64,000 nucleotides of DNA from NCBI RefSeq assembly GCF_006345805.1, contig NW_021833676.1:1-64000 (forward strand). Direction: 5' to 3'. Position numbers and translations under genes: made by a program. Positions within the stretch are counted from its first letter, which is position 1. The number at the start of each line of letters is the position of its first letter. The notes under the pieces were generated by a model. It was not told the DNA's origin and did not search any database. It was given only the letters and a program-made list of their open reading frames with translations. This DNA is from Octopus sinensis. Taxonomy: Eukaryota. Below are positions 42,504 to 55,044 of the stretch, in pieces.

Positions 42504-42640
42504 TAATAATAATAATAAAATAATATAATGATAATAATAATAATAATGATAATAATGATAATAATAATAATAATAATAATAATGAAATAATAATAATAAG
42601 AATAATAATAAATAATATAATAAGAATAATAATGATAAGT
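42378..42640. repeat. (AAT)n microsatellite
   Basis: Direct inspection. Confidence 0.95.
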
Positions 42641-42955
42641 TAGAAATTAGTTGATTATCTTTATGAACGGCCTTTGATATTCATGAATCGTATTCAAAAT
42701 AATTCCGAGTGAATTATAAGGAAAAAAAGGCAATATAAATAACTCTTGTCTGTCGCTTCATGTTCCGATATTTATTATATTTATAATATCGTTCGATCAT
42801 TGTATTCCCTTCTGTTGTGTGCCTACGTATATCGATATATATAAATAGATATATATATATATAAAAGTATATATATATATATATATAATATATAGATATA
42901 TATATATATATAATATATATATATATAAAGATATATAAAAATATATATAGTATAT

Positions 42956-42991
<36 letters not shown>

Positions 42992-42995
42992 AAAG

Positions 42996-43028
<33 letters not shown>

Positions 43029-43031
43029 AAG

Positions 43032-43062
<31 letters not shown>

Positions 43063-43728
43063 TGTATTATGTAGGTGTGTATGTATGTATATCAATATTA
43101 GGTGGTGGCATTGATGTAGCTCCAGCAGAATATGAATCTAATATATATAATTGATTGGCTCTGTGGCTCTGTGGTTAACAAGTTTGTTTCACGACCAGGC
43201 TGTTCCTCTTGGCTGAAGCTTCCCCATTGAGCGGAACCTTGTTGAACCTTGTTTGAGTGTATTCATTCAATATAGCAGACAACAGGGGTTTGCTCGATAT
43301 AATCAATGCTGCGTTGAGAGTGGACTTATATAAGGCAGAAATGTGTGGGGGCCATCGTTTACATAACACACATACACACACATTCACCCATTTGTATATA
43401 TATCTATAAAGAAATAAATATACATAAAATTATATACATACGCATAAATATATATATGCGTATGTGTGCATGTGTGTATATGTGTATGTGTATGTATAAC
43501 CATATACATGTGTATGTATATATCTATATAAGTATATATACTCATAGATATATTTATATATATAGATGTGTATGTATATACATATAGACATGAATACACA
43601 TACACAAAAACACACACATGCATACATTTATAAATACATACATGCATTCGTATATACACACACATGTATGTATATGTATATCTCTCTATCTCTCTATCTC
43701 TCTATCTCTCTATCTCTCTCTCTCTCTC

Positions 43729-43776
<48 letters not shown>

Positions 43777-43784
43777 TATATAGA

Positions 43785-44022
43785 GCTCTCGGCGGACCAA
43801 AGCCTTGTGAGTGGATTTGGCAGACGAAAACTGGAAGAAACCTGTCGTATTATATATGCATATATACGTATTAGTGTGTCTGTGTCTGTCGCCCCACCAT
43901 CGCTTGGCAACCGATGCTGGTGCGTTTATAACGGCGTAATCTAGCGGTTCGGCAAAAGAGAGCGATAGAATAAGTGCCAGACTTACAAGGAATAAATTCT
44001 GGGATCAATTAGTTCGACTAAT
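43785..44022 (+). mobile_element. SINE family A, partial
   Basis: gaccaaagccttgtgagtggatttgg...ctagcggttcggcaaaagagagcgatagaataag. Confidence 0.8.
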
Positions 44023-44315
44023 GAATAACTAAAAGAATGAAAGAACATATGTATACAGACACGACAGAAGTAAATAGACATCCCATAAATCATCATTTTA
44101 TCTTTTGTTTTTTTACCATAACTTGTAAAATCTTTTATTAATTGACATTTTTTCTGTTTCAGGTTGTACAGAAAAAGGGTTGGAACTGCCTGAATTTTAA
44201 TGAAGTCGTATTGTGGGTCAGTCGCTTAGGATCCCACTTTCTACAGCTATTAGAATGATTTTGCAATTGCCAAGCTTGGCTTGGCTTGGCTTGGCTTCGT
44301 TGGCTTGGCTTGGCT

Positions 44316-44361
<46 letters not shown>

Positions 44362-44463
44362 TATATATTCACGCGGACACGCTTATATACAGCATTAATA
44401 TGTATAAAGATAAATCCATATACGTTTGCATTCATACAGCAGGCCTTCAAATGAGCCGGGGTC

Positions 44464-44526
44464 TTAGTGAAGGCATTTATGCCAGGTGTCACGGTAGAAA
44501 TAAACACAAAATATATTGGTTGCAAC
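44464..44526. repeat. 63-bp element end, inverted identical copy of 32145-32207
   Basis: Exact reverse-complement match. Confidence 0.9.
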
Positions 44527-44529
44527 AAC

Positions 44530-44564
<35 letters not shown>

Positions 44565-44680
44565 TGTTATTATTATTGAAAGCCAAAATGAGGCAGGGCA
44601 TACGTGAACACTTACATAACGACATATACACAAACAAGTACAAAACCTCCCTCTACACGCATACACATATATACATATAC

Positions 44681-44728
<48 letters not shown>

Positions 44729-45082
44729 ATGTGTGTGTCTGTATGTATATATGTATTATATAATATATATATATAATATATGTGCGTGTGTAAGTATCAC
44801 TCTCTCAGCTTCTTTCTCTCTAGATAATAAACATATTTAGGCATATATATGTGCGTGTCGGTATTTATACAAAGTTGCAATCAATTGCTTGTTTAAATCT
44901 ACAAAAGTGCTTTGATAATCAGTTTTCTTTTCCAAACAAAAGATAGTTCGAAGAAAACTAGATAGATTGTGCGGCGCCCTTATTGTGCGCTGATATTTTA
45001 TACCAGCGTGTCTATGCATGCATATATATACACACGCGTATATATGTATATGTGTGTGTGTATGTATACATTTATAGATATA

Positions 45083-45147
<65 letters not shown>

Positions 45148-45213
45148 GTATATATATATACATAGAAACATATATATATATATACATATATGTATATATA
45201 TGTATATTATATA

Positions 45214-45256
<43 letters not shown>

Positions 45257-45334
45257 GCAAGAGTATTGTGTGTGTTTGTGTGTATGCGCGGATGTATGGA
45301 TGTGTGTATGTACCTTTGTATGAATATATGCTTC

Positions 45335-45995
45335 TATCTCCGAACTTTCAGAACAAGAGAGAAGGAGACACTGATGGTCCTATGGAAAACATTTGTCCTC
45401 AGCCGCTTGGACTACTGCTCCCAACTTTGGTCACCACACAATATAAAACAAACAGCAGAACTCGAAGCAACTCAGAGAAGCTACACAAAGAAAATCGTCT
45501 CAATGCAAAATGTCAGCTACTGGGAAAGACTGAAGGTATTAAACCTCTTCTCCCTGGAGCGGAGGCGGGAGAGATATGCAGTGATATACATCTGGAAAAT
45601 CCTGGAGGGTCTTGTCCCAACTTTGGCATTCAAAGTTACTCCAACCGCAGAACGGGGCGCCGCTGCGTGGTGCCAAGGATTCCAACATCACCATCAAAAT
45701 ACAGGTCCAGATACTGCAACAGCTTGGGTTTCAGAGGACCACAGCTCTTTAACATCCTCCCTAAATGCCTGAGAGACTTACATGGTGTGGATGTGGGTTT
45801 CTTTAAAACTAAACTGGATCTCTTCTTGTTGGGAGTCCCAGATGAACCTACCTCACGACAGGAGACACGGATGCGGGCAGCAACATCGAACTCCCTTGTT
45901 GATCAAGTGCCACGTATCAGAGGTGGATTCACAAACTAGCGTAGCTCATTCAGCGGTGGTGCCCCAGCATGGCCGCGGCCTTCGGGCTAAAACAT
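45335..45995 (+). mobile_element. CR1-like LINE 3' end (ORF2 C-terminus, one frameshift near 45620)
   Basis: LRTFRTRE...LWKTFVLSRLDYCSQLWSP...YWERLKVLNLFSLERRRERY...LVP/NFGIQ...FRGPQLFNILPKCLRDL...FKTKLDLFL, stop at 45937-45939, then a structured 3' tail. Confidence 0.92.
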
Positions 45996-46153
45996 TTTTA
46001 TGGATTTAAGGATTTTAAGATGTACATATGTATATGTAACAATTAGAGGCATGTATGTATATTTGTATACACACACAAAGATATATATATAGACATATAT
46101 ATATACATGTATATAATCATACACAGACAGACATACATATATGTATATTCATA

Positions 46154-46196
<43 letters not shown>

Positions 46197-46929
46197 AATA
46201 AATATATATATATATATATTGTATGTATGTATGTATGTATTTTTCTGCATGTGTGTATGTGTACGTGTGTGTGTTTGTGTTTTATTCGTGTTTTATGTTT
46301 CATTGTCGAATCTGTGCAAGCGTTTTGTTTGTATACCTAACAATTACACAATATATTCTCAACGAAGTCTCTTAATACGAAACGCAAACACAACACAAAG
46401 CAATCTTTTATAAATTCACGAGGTTTTTGTTTCAAATATTTTCCTACTCAGAGAAATCTGTATTAAATGTATTTTGATATATTTGATATAATTTGTTTAT
46501 CAATAAAGTTAATTGTTTTATAATTACTATGAATCCTAAATTACAGAATGTGTGTTATATCTCCTTGAATTATTCTGATACTGTAGACATTCCTCTCCGA
46601 AATCAATTAGTATCTTAACAATGATCAAGACAGTATTACCGTTTCGAGTAAAATAAACAACTTAGTCGTGAAACTAAATACTTGCTTTATCATTTTCCGG
46701 ACTTATTTTCTAATATTTAATTACATTATTCTTTTTTTTTTCCTTTTCAGAATATTTAAATAGAAAAGTTGTATTTTCAATAGAAATTAATTGAGTGTTT
46801 TCTGTTTCTTAAAAACCGATTGTTTTATATGAAGAGGATTAATCTTATATATTCTTTCAACATGAAGTCAATTGAAAAATTGGTAAAAAAATACTTCAAT
46901 ATTGTTCTAATCGCCTTCAGTCATGAATG

Positions 46930-47105
46930 ACCATAAGATTGCACCTAGAAGGTTATCCTCCCTGGCACAAATCTGGTCAAGGTTATTTATGGAAGACCAT
47001 CGGTCGCCCATGCATACCGGCCTCACCTCTTCACGCCACCGATGTTATCCAAGGGAAAGGCAAAGGGGCCGATACAGCTCTGCACCAGTGACGTCGCAGC
47101 TCATT
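46930..47105 (-). mobile_element. SINE family D 3' part
   Basis: A GC-richer block (ttgcacctagaagg...gttatccaagggaaaggcaaaggggccgatacagc...cagtgacgtcgc), recognised from recall as an octopus SINE segment; single copy here. Confidence 0.5.
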
Positions 47106-47290
47106 TATTAACGTGCAAGTGGCTGAGCACTCCACAGACACGTGTACGTTGTTCTCGGGCAGATTCAGCGTGACACGGAATGTGACAAGTCTGGCCCTTT
47201 AAAATACAGGTAAAACAGAAACGGGAAGAAAGAGTGGGCAATAGGGAATCGAAACCCCGATTCTACGATTCTACGAAACCCTGATTCTTC
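47106..47290 (-). mobile_element. SINE family B, partial with deletions
   Basis: ttaacgtgcaagtggctgagcactccacagacacgtgtac...cagcgtgacac...aacagaaacgggaag is the reverse complement of 33690-33820. Confidence 0.8.
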
Positions 47291-47494
47291 CACTGGGCGA
47301 TTGCGCCTCCACACACACATATCTATTACATATATTTTATATATATATCTATATATATATATATATATATTTATATACATACATGCATACATACGTTCAT
47401 ACATACGTTAATACATACATACATACATACATACATACATACATACATACATACATACATACATACATACATACATACATACATACATACATAC

Positions 47495-48070
47495 ATTATG
47501 GCTGCCCCCTCGTTATCGAGTCTGGCCATTGCACGAAGCTTAACTGTTACTGGTGCTGTGATCGAATGTGGCTTTTTAGCCCACCTAAAGATCTACAATG
47601 TCTTGTACAAAATTAGCAACTAAAACTTTTACTGGTAATAGCCGGCTGTAGTTGTAACTGGGCTTCATGTACCTTTGCATGTCGTTTAAGTCCCCCTGCC
47701 GAATTACACTCTCTTCCACATGCCCGACTGATATGATTAGTATGGTGTGATACACCACCACTAGTGGCCAGGTTGTCACTCATCTGTCTCGTTTTATGAC
47801 TACGAAGATGACTCATGAGTCCAGCTTTACTGACGCAGGGTCTTGCACAGACATTGCATGTCAGAATCAAAGGAAGACCCTTCCCTTCTGGAAGTGTAAC
47901 AGCGATGCCCTTCCTGACATCCCTCCTTACTTTCTCATGTACAACTCGAGATTTCTCAAACGTGGCTGTCCCCTCATGCACAATCCTTCTCCACCTGCTA
48001 CGATCAATAGCTATGCCTTCCCATGTGTCAAGAGAGATGCAAGCATCTCTTAAGGAAGCCTTCAGCAAGT
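47495..48070 (-). mobile_element. RTE-clade LINE 3' end with three C2H2-type fingers and (GTAT)n tail
   Basis: LKASLRDACISLDTWEGIAIDRSRWRRIVHEG...CNVC-X12-HLRSH...SRAC-X12-HAKVH...C*FC-X12-HIRSQ. Confidence 0.88.
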
Positions 48071-48195
48071 CCTTATACTACATACATACATACATACATA
48101 TATACATACATACATACATACATATACATACATACATATACACATACATATATAATATACATATACTATATGAATATTATATATATATATATAAT

Positions 48196-48230
<35 letters not shown>

Positions 48231-48431
48231 CTATATATAATATAATATATATATAATTTTCTGATCTTCAGATTTTTCAATATACTAGGACTGGTTTTAA
48301 ATTGACAATAATCAAGTTAACATTCAATTTTTCACCTTTATTATATATATATATACATACACACACACATACACCACCACACACACACTCACACACACAC
48401 ACACACACACCACCACACACACACACACACA

Positions 48432-48462
<31 letters not shown>

Positions 48463-48466
<4 letters not shown>

Positions 48467-48668
48467 CTTTATTTTAAGCAGCAGAAAATTCAACAAAATC
48501 TGTTACTCTGAGTTTCTCGTTGCGTTCATCAGACAGTTTTTGCTAGAATGGAACTGATATATTCCATTCTGTTGAATTTTCTGCTGCTTAAAATAAAGCA
48601 TATTACTCTACCACTGGTATTTGAGTACTCTTTTTTCCACCTGTTTCACATTTATGTGTTTACTCCGG

Positions 48669-48670
<2 letters not shown>
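48463..48670 (-). mobile_element. Short palindromic Penelope-like element in (TA)n
   Basis: Same unique end (taccggagta...gtagagtaatatgctttattt) as 40331; inverted arms 48463-48495 / 48570-48602. Confidence 0.75.
48500..48536 (-). ncRNA. Type I hammerhead ribozyme motif
   Basis: The minus strand reads CUGU-CUGAUGA-acg(caa)cga-GAAAC-ucaga-GUA-ACAG. Stem I CUGU/ACAG extends into flanking sequence, and stem III ACUC/GAGU is palindromic. Confidence 0.65.
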
Positions 48671-48734
<64 letters not shown>

Positions 48735-50269
48735 GATATAATATGTATATATAATTATATATATATATGTGTGTGTGTAATTGACAATGACTGGTAACTC
48801 TAATTTGAAATGCGTAAAAATATTTTCTTTCAACCTACGATTGCACGGATGTGTTTATTTGCAATAAAACGCTTCCAGAAAAATACTCATAAAGTTACGA
48901 AAGTAATAAAGCGTTGTAGTGTACATACGTACGTTGTCACCTTCACTCTTCATATTTTCGCTAAACCTTCTTCTTACGTCCGTTACGAAGAGAATGTCTG
49001 TGTTTATAAGAGTGTTTTCTCTTTTCAATTATTGTTATTTTTTGTATATATTTCCCAACGTGTCCATCACTCCCACTACATTTCTTGTTTACGATTGTAT
49101 TTTAGAAATATTTAATTTGCCTTGTGGCTTGTACAAGCTGCTAGCATTTCTGTGGCAGCAAGTAATTAACTTTTTTCGGTGAGAAAATATCTCAAGAGCT
49201 GCGTCGCGGTAAAAAAAAATAATAAGAAAGACCTGTTTGTCTCTAAGTGTACTTTTGCATCTGCTTATGGTTGAAGGACACAAAATACCTTTCGCCACAC
49301 TTCAATGTAACGTCACACAACACATAATAAACTCACATTCGCACACACCCAGGTGTACACACACGCACATAGACACATACACAAAACAATATAAACACAT
49401 GCAGATATAAACGCACACACAGGCGAAAATACAAACATACGTACACGTACACGCATTCATCCATCTAAAAATTAATTTCGAAATAATTTTTGAAAAAACT
49501 GAAAAGCAATACAAAAATCAAAGCGATTGTCACAAACGCGAAAGAAAAGCGAAATACAGCAATCGCTCTCTATATCACGCACTGAATACTTCGCGGATTT
49601 TTCTGGCTAATATTCCTCAGTATACTGCGGGTTTCTGCGGCCGAGAGGTATTTATATTTTTAAAAAAATGTAATTACTTCTCTGGTGAAAGAAGCCGTTT
49701 CACACCTAAAAATTATGAATTGATAAATATAAACAGAGTACAGCACTGCACTGTATATTACATTAATTAAAATATATTAAAAGAAAATAGGTAGCGTACC
49801 TATTTCACTTCCCGTCTATCAAATCACAAGGCTGTGTCAGTGTGTGTCAGTGTGTGACAATCAGTGCTGATGTGTTTACGTCACCGTAACATCAACTATT
49901 AAGGACCATTAAGATGTATCACTGGTCCTGTTCCTCACATTATTGCCGTATACGAATACACGTAATGGCTTCTAATATTTATGCTCAGGAGAATATTCTG
50001 CAAAGTTGTGGCTTCTTTATTGGAGGTTGAATATTCATCACATACTAAAATGATTTCCATGTTGTCATATGTTACGATAACATATTAATGTTGCAAGATT
50101 ATGTCATCTTAACATTATCTGCGAATATATTTGTCCCTCACTCGCTTGTTTATAGAGTTATGAAAGTGTAATGGCCATAGTAACTGTCACTCTGCTGCAA
50201 ACAAATATATAACTCCAATGGATTTGCGGATTAATCATGTGCAAAGCAAGAAAGAAATAATTTATCTTT

Positions 50270-50620
50270 CGTTTCAGAATCGTTAAACTGGAGCCACGCT
50301 GGAGCACCCCTTTGAAGAATTTCAGTTGAAGGAATCGAGCCAGTGCTTATTTTGTAAAACCTAATTCTTATGCTATTGATATCAGTTGCCGAACTGCTAA
50401 GTTACGGGGTACAAACACACCAACACCGATTATCAAGTGGTGATAGGGGAGTAACACTAAAAGACACATGTACTTATATATATATATATATATATATATA
50501 GGGCTTCTTCCAGTTTCCATTTACAAACGGCTTTGGTTTGCTAGTAGATACAGTAGAAAACATCTGTCCCAGGTGTCACGCAGTGGAACTGGACCCGGAA
50601 CAATCTGGTTTTGGAAGCTA
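50270..50620 (-). mobile_element. Old, degraded SINE family A relative
   Basis: gctggagcacc...gccgaactgctaagttacgggg...caaacacaccaacaccg...cttccagtttcc...cacgcagtggaactggacccggaac. Confidence 0.65.
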
Positions 50621-52462
50621 ACTTGAATAATTTAATTTTAAAACCAGTTACGTGACACGAAAATCAGCATAACTAGACAGATTAACCAAATACATTTTCG
50701 ATTTATCCTTCGAAGTGAATTTTCCGAGTGTTGTGACACTTTAAATGTATATTTTAGTTTGAAGAGGAAAGACAAGGACCTTGAGATATTTCAATGCATT
50801 CGAGATTGTAGGATGTGAAAGAAGGCTTTATCCTTTAAGAGAAGACATCCTTTTGGTGCTTCAAAAAGTGTGGAATTCACTACAGGTACTTTAAGAGCAA
50901 ATGATTTCATTAAACCAGTAGTTGTTTTCAGTATAATATACGAGGACGTGAACGGTCCATAGCCGATGCTATATAAGAAAACAGTTAGCGAATGTGCGAT
51001 GAAGTGGAATCGGCCCCGGGACCACATCATTGCAAAGTTACCTTCACTAGAAAATATTTCGCTATTGTGCGCAGCGTATAACTGCAAATTACACAAGGTT
51101 TTAGAAATAAGTTGCAAACAAACTTCGTGGGTGTCACGGTTTAATGGCGCATCGGCAAAGCTATACGGAGTCTTGCTAGCATTTCGTTTTGTTGTCCTTT
51201 TACACTTTGAACAGAACAGTTTGAATTCTGAGCAAAGCGATATTTCATAGAGCAACCATAATTAATTTCCTCTTCTCATTGACGGCGATTTAGTTATATT
51301 TAGACCTATATTCATCGATAACCGAACACCGTTGAAAGATCGTAATATCATTCCCCAAAATCATTGCTTATCATGCAAACATTCATGTCGAAAATGATTA
51401 ATCTCCAGTCAGATGAGAAATATCATAAAAATGACACATTACATTTTCTTAGTATTATTTTTTTTCATATATATTTATAAGATAACGCTGTTCTTTTCCA
51501 TCTTATTAAGTAACAAACTAAATCGAACAGGAATTTCTCTACATCACCTTCCTCCTCTTGCACACTCAATTACGTATTTTAAGCGATATTTATTAGACCG
51601 TATCAGAATCGAATTCCAGCTCTTAAAAATACTGAATATTATCTTCTACTTTTATAGTTCACGCCTGATAATTATAACCGTTCATATCTCCCCACAGATG
51701 TCTGTGTTTGAAATGAATGGTGAATGCCTGTATGATATTGATCAATTATGCTTGCTTGTAATTTGCTTCTAAACATCGGATCAATTTTGACTGACTTTCC
51801 TATATTACAAATATCGTATATAATTGCATAGATAGTAGTAAATGCGTTCTCTCAATTCCGTTATAAGCTGAGATTTTACAGCAGAGATGGTGCTATGTAG
51901 TTTTACTGTTTTCCCATTTAACGCCAGGATTGCACGCTAATTTAACAGTTGGTTAGAGTTGTGTGCTGTTAGGTGATTCTTGTGTAAGATATGATACAAC
52001 CATTTCTGATTGAGTTTTTGTAAAACTGGCAGAGGCGGAAGAGCACACTGCTCATGTTATATTACAAGGCCTCCTAGCAGCAAAGAAGGGTGTTATTTTA
52101 TCAACTGAGCATTGGCCTGGATACGGACATCGGAGCGGCTTTTATTATAGTCACCCAAAGATGAGTTGGTACTGTACACATGGGTCTCAGGTCGAGTTTC
52201 CCATCTAATATAGATACATTAACAAAGGTCGACCAACTTACAAAGGGGTTATTGTTCGTTAAGTCACATCCTTTCTAATTTAATAGGATTATGGATTAAG
52301 ATATCCCATTCATGAAAATCTTCTTGTTTTATCGATGTTTTTATACAGAATTATTTATGATGCTTTCAGAAGGTTGTGGTGTGATTTCTGATTGAGCACC
52401 CCTGAAGAGTCTCCGCTCATGGCTTCGTATTAAGTCTAATTTAACAGTTAGTTTCAGATAGG

Positions 52463-52567
<105 letters not shown>

Positions 52568-52607
52568 GTCTGTCATGTGCCTGCCTGCCTGCGCGCGCGC
52601 GTGTGAA

Positions 52608-53483
52608 TCTTTATATATATATAAAACTGAGAATGTGTGTCTGTCTGTCTGTGTGTTTCCCTAAAACTTGATAACTACACAACCAATTTCATTCAAATTT
52701 TACACCTGCCTTACTTAGGGTCCGGGGAGTGTCGTCGGCAAAAATTTTTTTAACTTTTTGCTTAGGGCGAGCACACAGCAATATCATATCTTCTCCACTA
52801 CGATTACCTGAAACTTGAGAACTACACAACCAATTTCATTCAAATTTTACACATGCCTTACTTAGGGTTTCATGGGCAAAATTACCAGGCGGGTTTCATG
52901 GGCAAAAATAAATGTTCAACATACCAATATCATATCTTCTCCACTATTTCAGTATTACGTGTTAAAAGTGAAACAAAAATATTTCTCTATTTTATGCCAG
53001 ATGCTTTCACTTTAGCAATAAAAATAATAATAACAATTGAATTATATATGTAGTAAGTAATAATTAAAATCAAACTAAAGTATAATATAACCGTAACTTA
53101 AAAATAAGTAAAAATAGTAATTGGTATAAAATTGCATCAATGATTTGTACTTGAATAAGTGGTTTCACATGAATGGGAATAAATTAAATTAAATAAATTA
53201 AAAATATAATTAGCGTGCAGAAATGGAATAGTCCAGATGGATAATAAAAAATTAAATTAAAGAAAAGTATACAATGTAGAGAAAAAAGAAGAGCTAACAA
53301 TTCCAGTCTGTTATATATTTTGAGTATTGTTATCACTAGCGATATCAAGATATAACTTTGTATTTTGCATTTTATGTGTAGATGTATATATATATAGATG
53401 TACATGTAATATGTACACATATATAAACACATATATACATGCACTAGCACTATGACCCGGCAACGACGGATCTTTAATGCTAG
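52608..53483 (+). mobile_element. Non-autonomous Helitron with both termini
   Basis: 5' TC after A52607. 3' hairpin gacccg...cggatc (53454-53472), then CTAG (53480-53483) followed by T. No TSD. Confidence 0.8.
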
Positions 53484-53580
53484 TATACCTATATAAATGT
53501 TTCCTCGTTTTCTTATATAAATATATATTATATACTCACACACACACACACGCACGCCCGCATACATACATACATACACA

Positions 53581-53627
<47 letters not shown>

Positions 53628-53682
53628 TTTTCTTTTTATAGTTTCAACTCAGAGCTCAAGCAATGCTGAGGCATTGGCGTGC

Positions 53683-53737
<55 letters not shown>

Positions 53738-55044
53738 TATATTATATATAGATATATAGATATATATATATATATAGATATAATATTATATATATATATA
53801 CATACATATAATATAAATATTATATATATATACAGACACAATTATTAAGTGAAATAAAGTTTTGACATTCATATATCATATCCGAAGTATATGTTCCTAT
53901 TATTTGCATTCTGAAAGTGATAAATGTTAAGTGTAACTTAGTTGTAGAGCTGAATGTCATTTTTTATATACAAAATATATTTTAGCCAAATCGGTAATTG
54001 ACATTTAGATGAATGCCGTTCATGTTCTCTTCTCTTGGTTGGTTTAAATGTATGTAAATGTCGTTAGGAGAGTAAACATGGAACAAATTGGATTCTATCA
54101 ATGTTTTCATATACACAGTATGACCATAAAGAATACAAATGTTAATAGAATTATCGCGAAACTAATGTAGAACATCGTTCCCTCTGAGAGTTGGAAGTTT
54201 TTTGTTTTCATAAACATTAATGAGTCTCGATATTCTAACTCGGATTTCGAGAAAATGAATGGCAACTACGTCATAATCATAGATGCACGTGCGCGTGAGT
54301 ATACATGTGAATGTGTTTGTGAGTGTGTGAATGTGTTTGTGAGTGTCTGTATTTTTTTGCATGTTCGTAGGAACTGCAGAAACCTACTGAATCCAGTGAT
54401 AGATGTGTGAAGTGCAACGATTATAGCTGTGATACATGATCTACTTCGAGTTTCATGGTTGGATTATACAGAAATCTGATAGGCTTGTATAGCGTATAGT
54501 GCACCACCTAGTAAACGGTCAAACGCACTTTTACACATATATTATGCTATATCACTACGTCCCTTAAATTTACTTAATACATTGCTGCATATACCTACAG
54601 TGACTTAAGTGATTGTCTCATTAGCTGCATTGAATCTGCTCTCATTTTCTGATCTTAGTATACAAGTTCCGTGGGATTTCTTTGTTTCAAAATTGCCCTT
54701 TTTGATGTAAGTTTCATTCACGTTTTAAACATTGTATCGTGTTCTACTTCACTGGAAAAATGCTGTACGAAAACCTTGCGTGTTTTGCCCTTTTTATTGA
54801 TTGCTCCACATTCATTACACAGTGTGGTATCTCATAGAAAGTTCCAACTGATTTTCCTTTCAAACCAACCGTTTCTGCACGAAAACCCAGCTTCCATTTG
54901 CTTAGAGATTTGAATAATAAAGATAATTTACTAAAGAAAAACAACCGACCACTTTATGTGGCATAGGTTTCTATACAGCGAAACGTTAATAAGTTTACCT
55001 ACATACTATATTGAAAATAGTAAAGATTACTATTTCTCAAAAAT

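Noticed and set aside
50791-51255. 154-aa non-repetitive ORF with a CxxC
   Set aside because: No recognisable family beyond a vague transposon-like CxxC; it needs a profile search.
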